In this document: one piece after another, positions 29,977-39,958 of the stretch
Numbering within the stretch: the stretch's first letter is position 1
Layout of the letters: each line of letters opens with the position of its first letter
DNA from: Rhodobiaceae bacterium
Lineage (GTDB): Bacteria > Pseudomonadota > Alphaproteobacteria > Rhizobiales > TMED25
NCBI GenBank assembly: GCA_018651345.1
Contig: JABIEF010000073.1
Coordinates: forward strand, 7,318 to 71,317
Length of the DNA stretch: 64,000 nucleotides
Direction: 5' to 3'
Notes under the pieces: generated by a model
What the model was told of the DNA's origin: nothing
Seen by the model: the letters and a program-made list of their open reading frames with translations, nothing else
Database searches by the model: none
Made by a program: the position numbers and the translations under genes

Positions 29977-30042
29977 ATTTTACATACTTTTTTTGATTAA
30001 AATTATATAAGGTCAATATAAATCTTATAAACTAAAATTTAA

Positions 30043-31719
30043 TTAAAACAAACCTTCTATATTTCCAGATATATCTAATTTTATAGATTCTGCTGCAGGC
30101 TTTCTTGGAAGACCAGGCATTGTCATTATGTCACCAGCAATAGCAACTATGAAACCTGCTCCAGCCGATAGCCTGACATCTTTTATTTCGATTTTATGCC
30201 CAATAGGTGCATTTTTTAATTTTGGATCTGTAGAAAAAGAGTATTGTGTCTTAGCCATACATATAGGGAAATGACCATAACCCAAATTCTCCCAGTCTTT
30301 TAGTTGATTGATAACTCTTGCTGAGAGAAAAACTTCAGAAGCTCTATATATATCTGCAGTTATCTTTTTAATTTTATCTACTAACAACATATCATTATCA
30401 TAAAGTAAATTAAAGTTTGAAGTGTCTTCGTCACAAATTCTAACAACTTCCTTTGCTAAGACCTCTATGCCCTCGCTTCCATCAGACCAGTGAGATGCAA
30501 CAATAACCTTGCAATCAAAATCTTTTAATCTCTTTGACACAATGTCTAATTCCGAATCTGAATCTTTAGTAAACTTATTAATAGACACAACCACCTCTAC
30601 ACCAAATTTTTTCATATTATCAATATGCTGGATTAAATTATCGCATCCCCTTTCTACAGCTCCAACATTCTCTGCCCCTAAATCATTTACTGTTACGCCA
30701 CCATGCATTTTTAATGCTCTAATCGTCGCAACAATAACAACTGCAGATGGTTGGACTCCCATACTCCTACACTTAATATCAAAGAATTTCTCAGCCCCTA
30801 AATCAGCTCCAAAGCCAGCTTCAGTAACAACATAATCTGCCATCTTTAATGCCGTATCTGTAGCAATTACAGAATTACAACCATGGGCTATATTTGCAAA
30901 AGGACCACCATGTACAAAGGCTGGGTTATTTTCTAGAGTTTGTACAATATTAGGCATAAAAGCATCCTTCAATAAAACTGCCATTGCATCATTCGCTTTT
31001 AATTGCCTTGCAGTTATAGGTTTTTTATCCCTTGTGTAAGCTACAACTATATTTCCTAACCTTTCGGTTAAATCTTCCAGATCATTTGCTAGGCAGAATA
31101 TAGCCATAACCTCTGAAGCAACCGTTATGTCAAATCCATCGTTTCTAGAAAATCCATTCGAGACACCCCCCAGAGAAGAAACTATTTCTCTAAGAGCTCT
31201 ATCGTTCATATCAACAACTCTCCTAATCACAACACGTCTTGAATCTATGTTTAAATCGTTCCCCCAATATATGTGATTGTCGACCATAGCGCACAACAAA
31301 TTATGAGCTACTCCAATTGCGTGAAAATCTCCGGTAAAATGCAAATTGATATCTTCCATTGGAATAACTTGCGCTTTACCTCCTCCGGCTGCACCGCCTT
31401 TCATGCCAAAACATGGACCAAGAGAAGGTTCTCTGATGCATATAAGCGCTTTTTTCCCTATTTTATTTAATCCGTCCCCTAAACCAACGGTTGTTGTAGT
31501 TTTTCCTTCACCTGCAGGAGTCGGTGTAATAGCGGTAACTAAAATAAGTTTACCTTTTTTATTATCCTTAATTTTTTTAATAAAATCTTCTGATATCTTT
31601 GCTTTATATTTTCCATATAAAGACAACATATCAGATTGTATTCCAATATTACTTGCTACCTCTGTAATAGGTTTTATATCGGCTTCTCTTGCTATCTCTA
31701 TATCTGTTTTAACTACCAT
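30043..31719 (-). CDS. fhs: Formate--tetrahydrofolate ligase
   Basis: [54 protein letters not shown]. Confidence 0.97.
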   Translation of the reverse strand: MVVKTDIEIAREADIKPITEVASNIGIQSDMLSLYGKYKAKISEDFIKKIKDNKKGKLILVTAITPTPAGEGKTTTTVGLGDGLNKIGKKALICIREPSLGPCFGMKGGAAGGGKAQVIPMEDINLHFTGDFHAIGVAHNLLCAMVDNHIYWGNDLNIDSRRVVIRRVVDMNDRALREIVSSLGGVSNGFSRNDGFDITVASEVMAIFCLANDLEDLTERLGNIVVAYTRDKKPITARQLKANDAMAVLLKDAFMPNIVQTLENNPAFVHGGPFANIAHGCNSVIATDTALKMADYVVTEAGFGADLGAEKFFDIKCRSMGVQPSAVVIVATIRALKMHGGVTVNDLGAENVGAVERGCDNLIQHIDNMKKFGVEVVVSINKFTKDSDSELDIVSKRLKDFDCKVIVASHWSDGSEGIEVLAKEVVRICDEDTSNFNLLYDNDMLLVDKIKKITADIYRASEVFLSARVINQLKDWENLGYGHFPICMAKTQYSFSTDPKLKNAPIGHKIEIKDVRLSAGAGFIVAIAGDIMTMPGLPRKPAAESIKLDISGNIEGLF

Positions 31720-31743
31720 TTAATTTCTTTCGTATTTATATTA

Positions 31744-32652
31744 TTATTCAAATTTATCGCCAATTTTTATTTTATTATCTTTAATATAATCATTAGCAGA
31801 TATTTTCTCTTTATTTACCCTTAATTTTTTTATTAGTATAGAATTTTGACCTGTAGCAACTACAAAACCATCATTATTTACATTGACTATCTCTCCGCTA
31901 TTCCCAGTCAAATCTGAATGAGCAGCATCGTAGACTTTTACTTCAACACCATTTAATGTGGTCCATGCACCAGGTTGAGGGTTACTTGCCCTTATTTGAT
32001 TATATATTGAGTGAGCAGAATTATTCCAATCTATTTTTGATTCAGGCCTGCCAAACCACGATTCATAGCTTCCACTTTGTTTTTCCTGGTATAATTTTGG
32101 TGCAATACCAGTTTCAATCAATTCAATCGATTCTGCAATAGCCTCAACGCCTAGTGGAAATAACTTATTAAAATATAACGACCCTAAAGTATCATCCGAA
32201 CTAATATCACAATATTTTTGTAGCAAAATAGGGCCTGTATCTAGCCCATCATCTGGCCAAAATATCGTTATTCCAGTTTTTTTCTCACCATTATATATCG
32301 GCCAATTAATTGACGAAGGTCCTTTATGCATTGGCAATATGGAAGGATGGTATTGAATCGTGCCATATGTTGGTTCATCTAATACGGCCTTTGGAACCAT
32401 TAATAAAACATAAGCCATTATGCATAAGTCTGCTTCAAATGATTTTATCTTCTCTAATGCCTCTGGAGTTTTCCAACTTGAAGGTTGGTAAACTGGCAAA
32501 TCCTTCTCTCTTGCCAGCTCCACAAGAGGGTCAATTTTTGTATTTTCCTTATCTGGTGCCGAGCATACTGCAACAATATCTTTATTATTTTCTAATAAAT
32601 TCTCTAACACCGCTTTGCCAAAAGCTTGTTGCCCATGTAAAATAATTTTCAT
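31744..32652 (-). CDS. Stand-alone 10-formyl-THF-dependent formyltransferase/hydrolase (Fmt fold, ALDH1L1 N-domain-like)
   Basis: GQQAFG, PDK...DPL, QYHPSILP.HKG.S.INW, IFWPDDGLDTG, DT..SLY...LFP.G, PGAWT. Confidence 0.8.
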   Translation of the reverse strand: MKIILHGQQAFGKAVLENLLENNKDIVAVCSAPDKENTKIDPLVELAREKDLPVYQPSSWKTPEALEKIKSFEADLCIMAYVLLMVPKAVLDEPTYGTIQYHPSILPMHKGPSSINWPIYNGEKKTGITIFWPDDGLDTGPILLQKYCDISSDDTLGSLYFNKLFPLGVEAIAESIELIETGIAPKLYQEKQSGSYESWFGRPESKIDWNNSAHSIYNQIRASNPQPGAWTTLNGVEVKVYDAAHSDLTGNSGEIVNVNNDGFVVATGQNSILIKKLRVNKEKISANDYIKDNKIKIGDKFE

Positions 32653-32662
32653 AAAAACCTAC

Positions 32663-33919
32663 TTATTTATCGCCCAATGCACCGGAAGATTGTATTAAAT
32701 TTATTTTATCCTCATTATAACCAAGAAGGTCTTGTAATATTTCAATGTTGTGCTCACCAAGCAACGGAGACCTTTCAACGTCAACAGGGGATTCGGATAA
32801 TTTAATTGGACAACCAACTGATAAATATTTTCCTCTTTCTGGATGATCTATTTCGACAATAGTTCCAGTATCACGCAAAGATTGATCTTCAGAAATTTCT
32901 TTCATAGACAAAATTGGTCCGCATGGAATACCTTCTGGATCACATAATTCAGTAACCTCATACTTCGTTTTTGTTTTTGTCCAATCTTCTATGGTTTCAA
33001 AAATTTCAGTCAATTTATCTAATCTTGAAGCTGGCGTGCTATAACCTTTGTCATTTACCCATTCTAGTTTATTGATTAATTTACATATCTTTTCCCAAAC
33101 TGGGGCTTGAGTTATAAAATAAACATATGAATTAGGATCATTTTCCCAACCCTTACATTTTAAAATCCAACCCGGTTGACCGCCTCCAGAATCGTTTCCA
33201 GCGCGAGGAGTTGAAGTACCGAATGGGATTCCTTTTCCATATTGACTGTATTCTGTTAAAGGCCCTTTTTCCAATCGTTGTTGGTCCCTTAATTTGACAC
33301 GACAAAGATTAATTACGCCATCCTGCATAGAAGCCGAAACCTTCTGTCCTTTTTTAGTCTTCTCCCGCTGAAATAATGCGGTAACAATTCCTAACGCAAG
33401 GTGCAAACCTGTTCCAGAATCACCAATTTGTGCTCCAGTAACTAGAGGTGGCCCATCTAAGAATCCAGTTGTTGCAGCAGCTCCACCAGTACATTGAGCT
33501 ATATTTTCATAAACTTTACAATCCTCGTAAGGTCCTGGCCCAAATCCCTTTATTGAAGCAACAATAATCTTATCATTAAGTTTTTGTATATACTCCCAAG
33601 GGAAGCCCATTCTATCAAGAGCTCCTGGCGAAAAATTTTCAACCATAACATCAGATTTTGCAATAAGATCTTCTAATACCTTCTTGCCCTCGGCTGTTTT
33701 TGTGTTAAGAGTAATAGATTTTTTATTGTGATTTAACATAGTAAAATACAAGGAATCCACGTTATCAATGTCTCTTAACTGACTTCGTGTTGCATCTCCG
33801 ATTCCTGGCCGCTCTAATTTTATGACATCAGCACCAAACCAAGCTAGCAATTGTGTGCAAGTAGGTCCTGACTGTACGTGAGTAAAGTCTAATATTTTTA
33901 TACCCTGCAAAGCTTTCAT
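32663..33919 (-). CDS. frc: Formyl-CoA transferase (family III CoA-transferase)
   Basis: [34 protein letters not shown] (catalytic Asp), [10 protein letters not shown] glycine loop. Confidence 0.93.
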   Translation of the reverse strand: MKALQGIKILDFTHVQSGPTCTQLLAWFGADVIKLERPGIGDATRSQLRDIDNVDSLYFTMLNHNKKSITLNTKTAEGKKVLEDLIAKSDVMVENFSPGALDRMGFPWEYIQKLNDKIIVASIKGFGPGPYEDCKVYENIAQCTGGAAATTGFLDGPPLVTGAQIGDSGTGLHLALGIVTALFQREKTKKGQKVSASMQDGVINLCRVKLRDQQRLEKGPLTEYSQYGKGIPFGTSTPRAGNDSGGGQPGWILKCKGWENDPNSYVYFITQAPVWEKICKLINKLEWVNDKGYSTPASRLDKLTEIFETIEDWTKTKTKYEVTELCDPEGIPCGPILSMKEISEDQSLRDTGTIVEIDHPERGKYLSVGCPIKLSESPVDVERSPLLGEHNIEILQDLLGYNEDKINLIQSSGALGDK

Positions 33920-33940
33920 TTCTAATTACTTTCGTTAATA

Positions 33941-35674
33941 TTATTTATACATTGTTTGTGATTTTGTTCCAGGAGCGTATTCATTAGGATCAACCCATAT
34001 ATTAACAACAACAGATTTGTTTTGTTTCTTTACAAAATTTCTCGCCATTATTAAAGCGTCTGCTATCTTATCAGATTCTGTAACGTCTATTCCAAATCCA
34101 CCCCAAATATTTGGAAATACAGAAAAATCCATATCGCCTAATTTATTAGCAATATTTCCTCTTTGTTGGCCGTATTTTGATAGCTGTCCATATCTAATTT
34201 GATTCATAGATGAATTATTTCCTATTACGGCAATGTAAGGAGCACCAAATCTATCTGCTGTCTCCATATCGAAAGCTGTCATACCAAAGGATCCATCGCC
34301 ATAATAACAAAGAACTTCTTTATGAGGATCTGCTAATTTTGCAGAAATGGCAAATCCTGTACCAACACCTAAGCTTCCTAAAGCACCAGGATCCATCCAT
34401 TGTCCTGGACCTTTAGGTCTAACTGCTTGAGCAGAGATAGTAACAACATCTCCGCCATCACCAATAAATATAGTATCTTCATTCAAAAAATTATTAATCT
34501 CATAAGCTACTCGATAAGGATGAATAGGACTATTGTTAGATGTAAATAAAGGCAATAATTTTTCATACTTAACTTTTTCAAGATCTCTGAGCTTACCTAT
34601 CCACTCAGATCGTTTCTTTTTAATCTCAGTGCTGATACCATCTGGCAATAAACGGCTAATTTGTTCCAAAACAGTTCCAGGATGACCTAAAATACCAATA
34701 TCGATATCTCTATTCTTTCCTAAGGTCCCATAATTCTGATCGATCTGAATTAACTTAACGTTATCTGATATCCTTTTACCGTATCCCATTCTAAAATCAA
34801 ACGGTGTACCAACTATGATTATTACATCAGCTTCCTTAAATGCATCTGATCTCGTTCTATCGAAACAATATTGATCGTTATTATCAATCATGCCCCTACT
34901 GGCGCCGTTAGCATAGGATGGTATCATTGCTTTTGTTATAAATTCTATAGCCTCATTATGGCTCCTTGAGCTCCAAACTTGTTGCCCAAACAAGATTGCT
35001 GGCCTTTCAGCTGCTGATAATATTTCAGCAACTTTTATAATGTCCTGAGGATCACCAGAATTTTTAATTGAGGCTCTGTATGAGCCAGGATTTGGAATAA
35101 CAACCGATTCCATAGGTACTTCTTTATCCAGGACATCACGAGGAATTTCTAGATAAGACGGACCATAGGATCCGTTAAAACATTCTCTTGCTGCCATCGC
35201 AACCATATCAGCAATTCTTTCTGTTGACATCACGGTAGATGCAAATTTTGTTATAGGCTTTGCAATATCAACATGGGGTAAGTCTTGAAGGCCGCCCATC
35301 TTCCATTGGCTAAGAGCACTTTGTCCTCCAATATGCAAAACAGGACTCTCGGACCTGAAAGCAGTCGCTATTCCAGTTATTGCATTTGTAAAACCTGGAC
35401 CTGCAGTTGTAACGACGCATCCTAGCTTTCCAGTTTGCCTTGCGTATCCATCAGCAGCATGTGCTGCAGTTTGCTCATGCCTAACATCAATTATTCTTAT
35501 TCCCTCATCAATACATCCATCATATATATCTATAATATGTCCACCACATAGCGTAAAAATAGTATCGACACCTTCATTTTTTAGCGCTTTAGCAACTAAA
35601 TGTCCTCCTGAAATCATAGAGCCGTCAGTTGTTTTTTTCTTTAATATATCTTTAGTGCTAATGCCCATGTTCAA
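33941..35674 (-). CDS. ThDP-dependent enzyme of the OXC/HACL/ILVBL group (putative formyl-CoA-producing decarboxylase or lyase)
   Basis: LCGGHI, VRHEQTAAHAADG, TAGPG, DFRMGYG, MDPGALGSLGVG, ThDP motif GDGSFG...NN; directly upstream of frc. Confidence 0.8.
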   Translation of the reverse strand: MNMGISTKDILKKKTTDGSMISGGHLVAKALKNEGVDTIFTLCGGHIIDIYDGCIDEGIRIIDVRHEQTAAHAADGYARQTGKLGCVVTTAGPGFTNAITGIATAFRSESPVLHIGGQSALSQWKMGGLQDLPHVDIAKPITKFASTVMSTERIADMVAMAARECFNGSYGPSYLEIPRDVLDKEVPMESVVIPNPGSYRASIKNSGDPQDIIKVAEILSAAERPAILFGQQVWSSRSHNEAIEFITKAMIPSYANGASRGMIDNNDQYCFDRTRSDAFKEADVIIIVGTPFDFRMGYGKRISDNVKLIQIDQNYGTLGKNRDIDIGILGHPGTVLEQISRLLPDGISTEIKKKRSEWIGKLRDLEKVKYEKLLPLFTSNNSPIHPYRVAYEINNFLNEDTIFIGDGGDVVTISAQAVRPKGPGQWMDPGALGSLGVGTGFAISAKLADPHKEVLCYYGDGSFGMTAFDMETADRFGAPYIAVIGNNSSMNQIRYGQLSKYGQQRGNIANKLGDMDFSVFPNIWGGFGIDVTESDKIADALIMARNFVKKQNKSVVVNIWVDPNEYAPGTKSQTMYK

Positions 35675-35714
35675 GATCCAATACTATTAAATATTTTGAT
35701 ACAAATATGATGAA

Positions 35715-36029
35715 TTATTTTATAGGAGAGAAATTAGTTCCAACCATTATCTTATCTTCTTGAGCGGTAATCATACCAGCAATCTTTTGCCTATAAACAG
35801 CCCATTCAGGATCCGCATCTCTTTTTTCTCTAAGATTTTCAAACTCTTCCATATTTTTATATTGCCATATATGAACAACCTGATTCAACTGCCCTACCTT
35901 ACTAATTAGGTATGCAACCAATTGTAGTCCATGTTTTTGTGCAACTGGATTAGCAACAGTTTCGAATATTTCAACATATGCATTCATTTTACCCGGTTGT
36001 ATTGTATACGTTCTGTGGTCGAATATCAT
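35715..36029 (-). CDS. NIPSNAP-family protein
   Basis: RTYT..PG, GQLNQVVHIW.Y, R..RDADPEW, FSP; GGAG SD. Confidence 0.9.
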   Translation of the reverse strand: MIFDHRTYTIQPGKMNAYVEIFETVANPVAQKHGLQLVAYLISKVGQLNQVVHIWQYKNMEEFENLREKRDADPEWAVYRQKIAGMITAQEDKIMVGTNFSPIK

Positions 36030-36148
36030 TTTTCTACTCCTTGTTTAAGAATTTATTATAATAGTATTAAAACCAATATAAAAGTTTTTTATATAAGTAA
36101 AATTTATTATAGGATATTCTATCTTTATTTAGGGAGATATACACAGAA

Positions 36149-37786
36149 ATGGACTTTAATCTAAGTGGAAAACAACTTAATTTAAAAGAAAAAATAGAGG
36201 GGAAAGATGCCTATGACGCAATAGTAATTGGGTCAGGTTTTGCTGGTGTTTATATGTTGTATCAACTTAGAAAAATAGGTTTATCAGCTATTGTTTTAGA
36301 GAAAGCTTGTGGAGTTGGGGGAACTTGGTTTTGGAATAAATATCCTGGAGCGAGATGTGATACCGAAAGCCTACAATACTCATACCAATTCTCAGAAGAA
36401 TTACAGCAAGAATGGGAATGGACTGAAAAATACGCTACACAACCAGAAATCTTAAAATACATTAATCATGTGGTGGACAGATTTGATTTAAGAAAAGATA
36501 TTAAATTAGAAACAAAAATAAAAAAAATAATTTATAATGATAAAAAAGAAATATGGTCAATATATTCTACAAAAAAACAATATACAGCTCAGTTTTGTAT
36601 AATGGCAACCGGCTGTTTATCGACACCAAACAAACCTAACATACCTGGATTAGAAGAATTTAAAGGAGAAGTGTATCAGACTTCTTTATGGCCAGATAAA
36701 AAAATTTCATTTACAAATAAAAATATTGCTGTAATTGGAACAGGATCATCTGCAATGCAAGCAATTCCAATAATATCAGAAACTGCAAAAAATCTTTATG
36801 TTTTTCAGAGAACCGCAAATTATGCAGTACCTGCTCATAATAGGGAATTAAATCCAAAAGAAGTAATAAATTTTAAAAAAAATTATAAAAAAAATAGAGA
36901 AAAAGCAAAAAAATTAGCTAGTGGATTTTTAACAAATTATAATGATAAATCTGCTCTTCAGGTTTCTAAAGATGAGCTAAAAAATGAATACGATAAAAGA
37001 TGGGAGAAAGGTGGACTTGCTTTTCTTGCAGCGTTTACTGATATCACAATTGATGAGAAGGCTAATAAAACAACCTCAAACTATATTGAAAAAAAAATTC
37101 GTGAAACAGTTTCTGATAAAAAAATAGCAAAATTATTAACGCCAAATTCGATAGTTGGGTGCAAAAGATTGGTAATAGACACAGACTATTATAAAACCTT
37201 CAATAACAATAATGTTTATCTATTTAATGCGAAAAAATATCCAATTTTAAAAATTGATAAAACTCAAATTTATACTGCAGAAAATACTAAAAGTGTTGAT
37301 ATGATTATCTTAGCTACAGGTTTCGATGCAATGACGGGGGCGATGAAACAAATTGATATAGTAGGTAGAAATAATATAAGCTTGGAATCCAAATGGAAAA
37401 ATGGCCCAAAACTCTACCTTGGATTAGCAATAAACGGATTCCCTAATTTTTTTACAATAACTGGCCCAGGAAGTCCTTCTGTATTAACTAATATGGTACC
37501 TACAATTGAACAGCATGTAAATTGGATAGCTCAATGCCTTATCTATATGAAAAAAAAATCTCTATCGACGATCGAAACTACACTTGATGCTGAAAATAAG
37601 TGGGTAGCTTATAATGAAAGAACTGCAAGAAATACACTAAGATATAATTGTAAATCTTGGTATTTAGGATCAAATATAAAAGGTAAAAAAAGAATTTTTA
37701 TGCCTTTTGTTGGAGGATTACCATTATACATTAAGAAATGCGAAGAAATAGTCGCCAATGATTATGCGGGATTTGAAATAAATTAA
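36149..37786 (+). CDS. Type I Baeyer-Villiger monooxygenase (CHMO/PAMO-like)
   Basis: GSGFAG and GTGSSA Rossmann motifs, GGTWFWNKYPGARCD, fingerprint FKGEVYQTSLWP, GCKR, ATGFDA, SWYLGSN. Confidence 0.92.
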   Translation: MDFNLSGKQLNLKEKIEGKDAYDAIVIGSGFAGVYMLYQLRKIGLSAIVLEKACGVGGTWFWNKYPGARCDTESLQYSYQFSEELQQEWEWTEKYATQPEILKYINHVVDRFDLRKDIKLETKIKKIIYNDKKEIWSIYSTKKQYTAQFCIMATGCLSTPNKPNIPGLEEFKGEVYQTSLWPDKKISFTNKNIAVIGTGSSAMQAIPIISETAKNLYVFQRTANYAVPAHNRELNPKEVINFKKNYKKNREKAKKLASGFLTNYNDKSALQVSKDELKNEYDKRWEKGGLAFLAAFTDITIDEKANKTTSNYIEKKIRETVSDKKIAKLLTPNSIVGCKRLVIDTDYYKTFNNNNVYLFNAKKYPILKIDKTQIYTAENTKSVDMIILATGFDAMTGAMKQIDIVGRNNISLESKWKNGPKLYLGLAINGFPNFFTITGPGSPSVLTNMVPTIEQHVNWIAQCLIYMKKKSLSTIETTLDAENKWVAYNERTARNTLRYNCKSWYLGSNIKGKKRIFMPFVGGLPLYIKKCEEIVANDYAGFEIN

Positions 37787-37803
37787 TAATTAAGGTTAAT
37801 AAT

Positions 37804-39219
37804 ATGCAATTAAATGAATATAAATCCTATGACGCTACTGACTTAGCAAAAATAGTAAAAAATAAAGATATCCATCCTAAGGAGTTACTTGATTTAGCAA
37901 TAAGTTCAATAGAGAGCGAAGATAAAACTATTTCTGCAGTAGTCATAAAAGCTTATGACGCAGCTAATAAAACTATCGAAAACGGAATTCCTAATGGGCC
38001 ATTTGCAGGGGTTCCTTTTTTATTAAAAGATTTAAATGTATCCTATAAAGGCTTACCAACAACGTTATCCAGCAAGTTATTCCAGAGTAATATTGCAAAA
38101 CATGACAGCGGTCTGGTCAAACAATATAAAGATGCTGGATTAATAATATTAGGACTAACAAAAACTCCAGAACTAGCCTTGTCGTTAACAACCGAACCTG
38201 TATTAAATGGACCAACAAGAAATCCTTTAAATATAGAATATTCACCAGGTGGTTCATCAGGCGGATCTGCAGCAGCAATTATTGCTGGCTATGTGCCGAT
38301 GGCACATGGAACAGACGGCGGTGGGAGTATTAGAGTACCAGCTTCATTATGCGGACTCTTCGGATTGAAGCCATCTCGTGGAAGAATTTCATATTACCCT
38401 GACCTTGGAGAAGGCCTAGGTGGAATGGCTACAAGCCATTGTCTTTCAAAAAGCGTTAGAGATAGTGCAACTTTACTTGATATTTCCTCTAACATATTAC
38501 CCGGTGACCCTTATGTCGCTCCTAAAAATAATGATAAATTTTCTAAAGCCGCAGAAACAGATCCTAAGAAATTAAAAATTGCAATTTGCACAACTGATTT
38601 TGAAGGAAATAAAATTAACAATGAATCTGTTTTAAACACATTGAAAACTGGAAAGTTATGTGAAGATCTCGGTCATATCGTAGAGGAAGCGTACCCTGAT
38701 TTAAGTGACCTGCCTATATTAAAAGCATGGAAAATTCTTCCTGGAATAAATCTTTTAAACAACCTAACAAAAAGATCTGAATTTCTTGGTGTTAAAATTA
38801 AAGACACAGATGTTGAACCACTTCATTGGTCCTGGATGGAAGAAGCAAAACAATATACTGCCATTGATTACTTAAATGCAATGAATACAATGCATTTAAT
38901 AGGAAGGCGTATTGGAGATTTCCTTCAAGGGTACGATCTAATATTAACACCTACGTTAGCAAAACCAGATCTAAAACTTGGTAAAATAAAAACAGACCAT
39001 ACCGATGTTGACAAACAATTAAATTATTTATTTAAAGAATTTTCTCCTTATACGGCAGTTTTTAATCAATCGGGTGGAGCTGCGATGTCATTACCTTTAT
39101 GGACTTCAAGTAAGGGGCTGCCGATAGGAATGCATTTTGGAGGAAAGCTTGGTGATGAAGAGAAACTCATTCAGCTGGCAGGGCAATTTGAAAGATCCTA
39201 TTCATGGAATATGACTTGA
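37804..39219 (+). CDS. Amidase-signature family enzyme
   Basis: GVPFLLKDL, PGGSSGGSAAA, GTDGGGSIRVPAS (Lys-cisSer-Ser triad). Confidence 0.92.
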   Translation: MQLNEYKSYDATDLAKIVKNKDIHPKELLDLAISSIESEDKTISAVVIKAYDAANKTIENGIPNGPFAGVPFLLKDLNVSYKGLPTTLSSKLFQSNIAKHDSGLVKQYKDAGLIILGLTKTPELALSLTTEPVLNGPTRNPLNIEYSPGGSSGGSAAAIIAGYVPMAHGTDGGGSIRVPASLCGLFGLKPSRGRISYYPDLGEGLGGMATSHCLSKSVRDSATLLDISSNILPGDPYVAPKNNDKFSKAAETDPKKLKIAICTTDFEGNKINNESVLNTLKTGKLCEDLGHIVEEAYPDLSDLPILKAWKILPGINLLNNLTKRSEFLGVKIKDTDVEPLHWSWMEEAKQYTAIDYLNAMNTMHLIGRRIGDFLQGYDLILTPTLAKPDLKLGKIKTDHTDVDKQLNYLFKEFSPYTAVFNQSGGAAMSLPLWTSSKGLPIGMHFGGKLGDEEKLIQLAGQFERSYSWNMT

Positions 39220-39227
39220 TGATAAAT

Positions 39228-39671
39228 CTATATTATGAAAAAATTATAAAAAAATAGATGTATAATAAGAATGCTAATTACCAAAAAACTAACATTCACT
39301 CTAATAGCCAAATAGTAATGTTCAAGAATACCCTTTCTATACAAAATATGATCTATATAAAGAAGATATAGAAAAGAAAATATTAATAAAAATATTCCAA
39401 TAGAATGATCTAGAAAAAAAGAGAACAACGATAATACAGCTATTATATTACTGTGTATTAATAAATTATATGATGTGTATTTTAATAAAAAAATACCCCA
39501 ATGAATTCCTGCCAGGAATGAAACTATGATTGCTCCATAGATATGAATAAGTAGGTTATTAGTTAAAAAGAATGGATCATAGTTTGAAAAACTAAAAATT
39601 ATTGATATTACAAATGGCAATAAACCAGCGTAAGATAATATCTTTATTAATCTTTTATTATTTTCATTCAT
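39228..39671 (-). CDS. DUF3429-family membrane protein
   Basis: YAGLLPF, YGAIIVSFLAGIHWG, Y...R motifs; start reassigned to ATG 39671 because the longer ORF overlaps the tRNA. Confidence 0.8.
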   Translation of the reverse strand: MNENNKRLIKILSYAGLLPFVISIIFSFSNYDPFFLTNNLLIHIYGAIIVSFLAGIHWGIFLLKYTSYNLLIHSNIIAVLSLFSFFLDHSIGIFLLIFSFLYLLYIDHILYRKGILEHYYLAIRVNVSFLVISILIIHLFFYNFFII

Positions 39672-39735
39672 GACGTAATTTATAAAAAACTGATAATAAA
39701 AATTTATAATATTTAAAATAAAAGGATTTAAAATA

Positions 39736-39810
39736 TGGCTGGGGCGGCAGGATTCGAACCTGCGCATGTCGAGATCAAAACCCGATGCCTTACCGCTTGG
39801 CTACGCCCCA
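39736..39810 (-). tRNA. tRNA-Gln (anticodon TTG) with encoded CCA
   Basis: TGGGGCGTAGCCAAGCGGTAAGGCATCGGGTTTTGATCTCGACATGCGCAGGTTCGAATCCTGCCGCCCCAGCCA: 75-nt cloverleaf, TTG anticodon, GGTTCGAATCC T-arm. Confidence 0.97.
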
Positions 39811-39958
39811 ATATCATTACTGCAATAGCTATAATGTACTTGCAGTTATATGTATATTGTTATTTTATTCATAATTAAAGTATATAAAATAAAAAATAAA
39901 AAATAATTTTATAAATCAGTAACTAATTTAAAAATTATATAAAAAAAATTATTATTAA

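Noticed and set aside
31744-32652. Annotation as housekeeping methionyl-tRNA formyltransferase (fmt)
   Set aside because: No def or truA neighbours, and tRNA-recognition motifs are absent.
39672-39767. N-terminal extension of the DUF3429 ORF into the tRNA
   Set aside because: The ATG lies inside tRNA-Gln; ATG 39671 fits the family.
39819-39846. Inverted repeat ACTGCAA-N14-TTGCAGT upstream of tRNA-Gln
   Set aside because: Single copy with short arms; no function can be supported.
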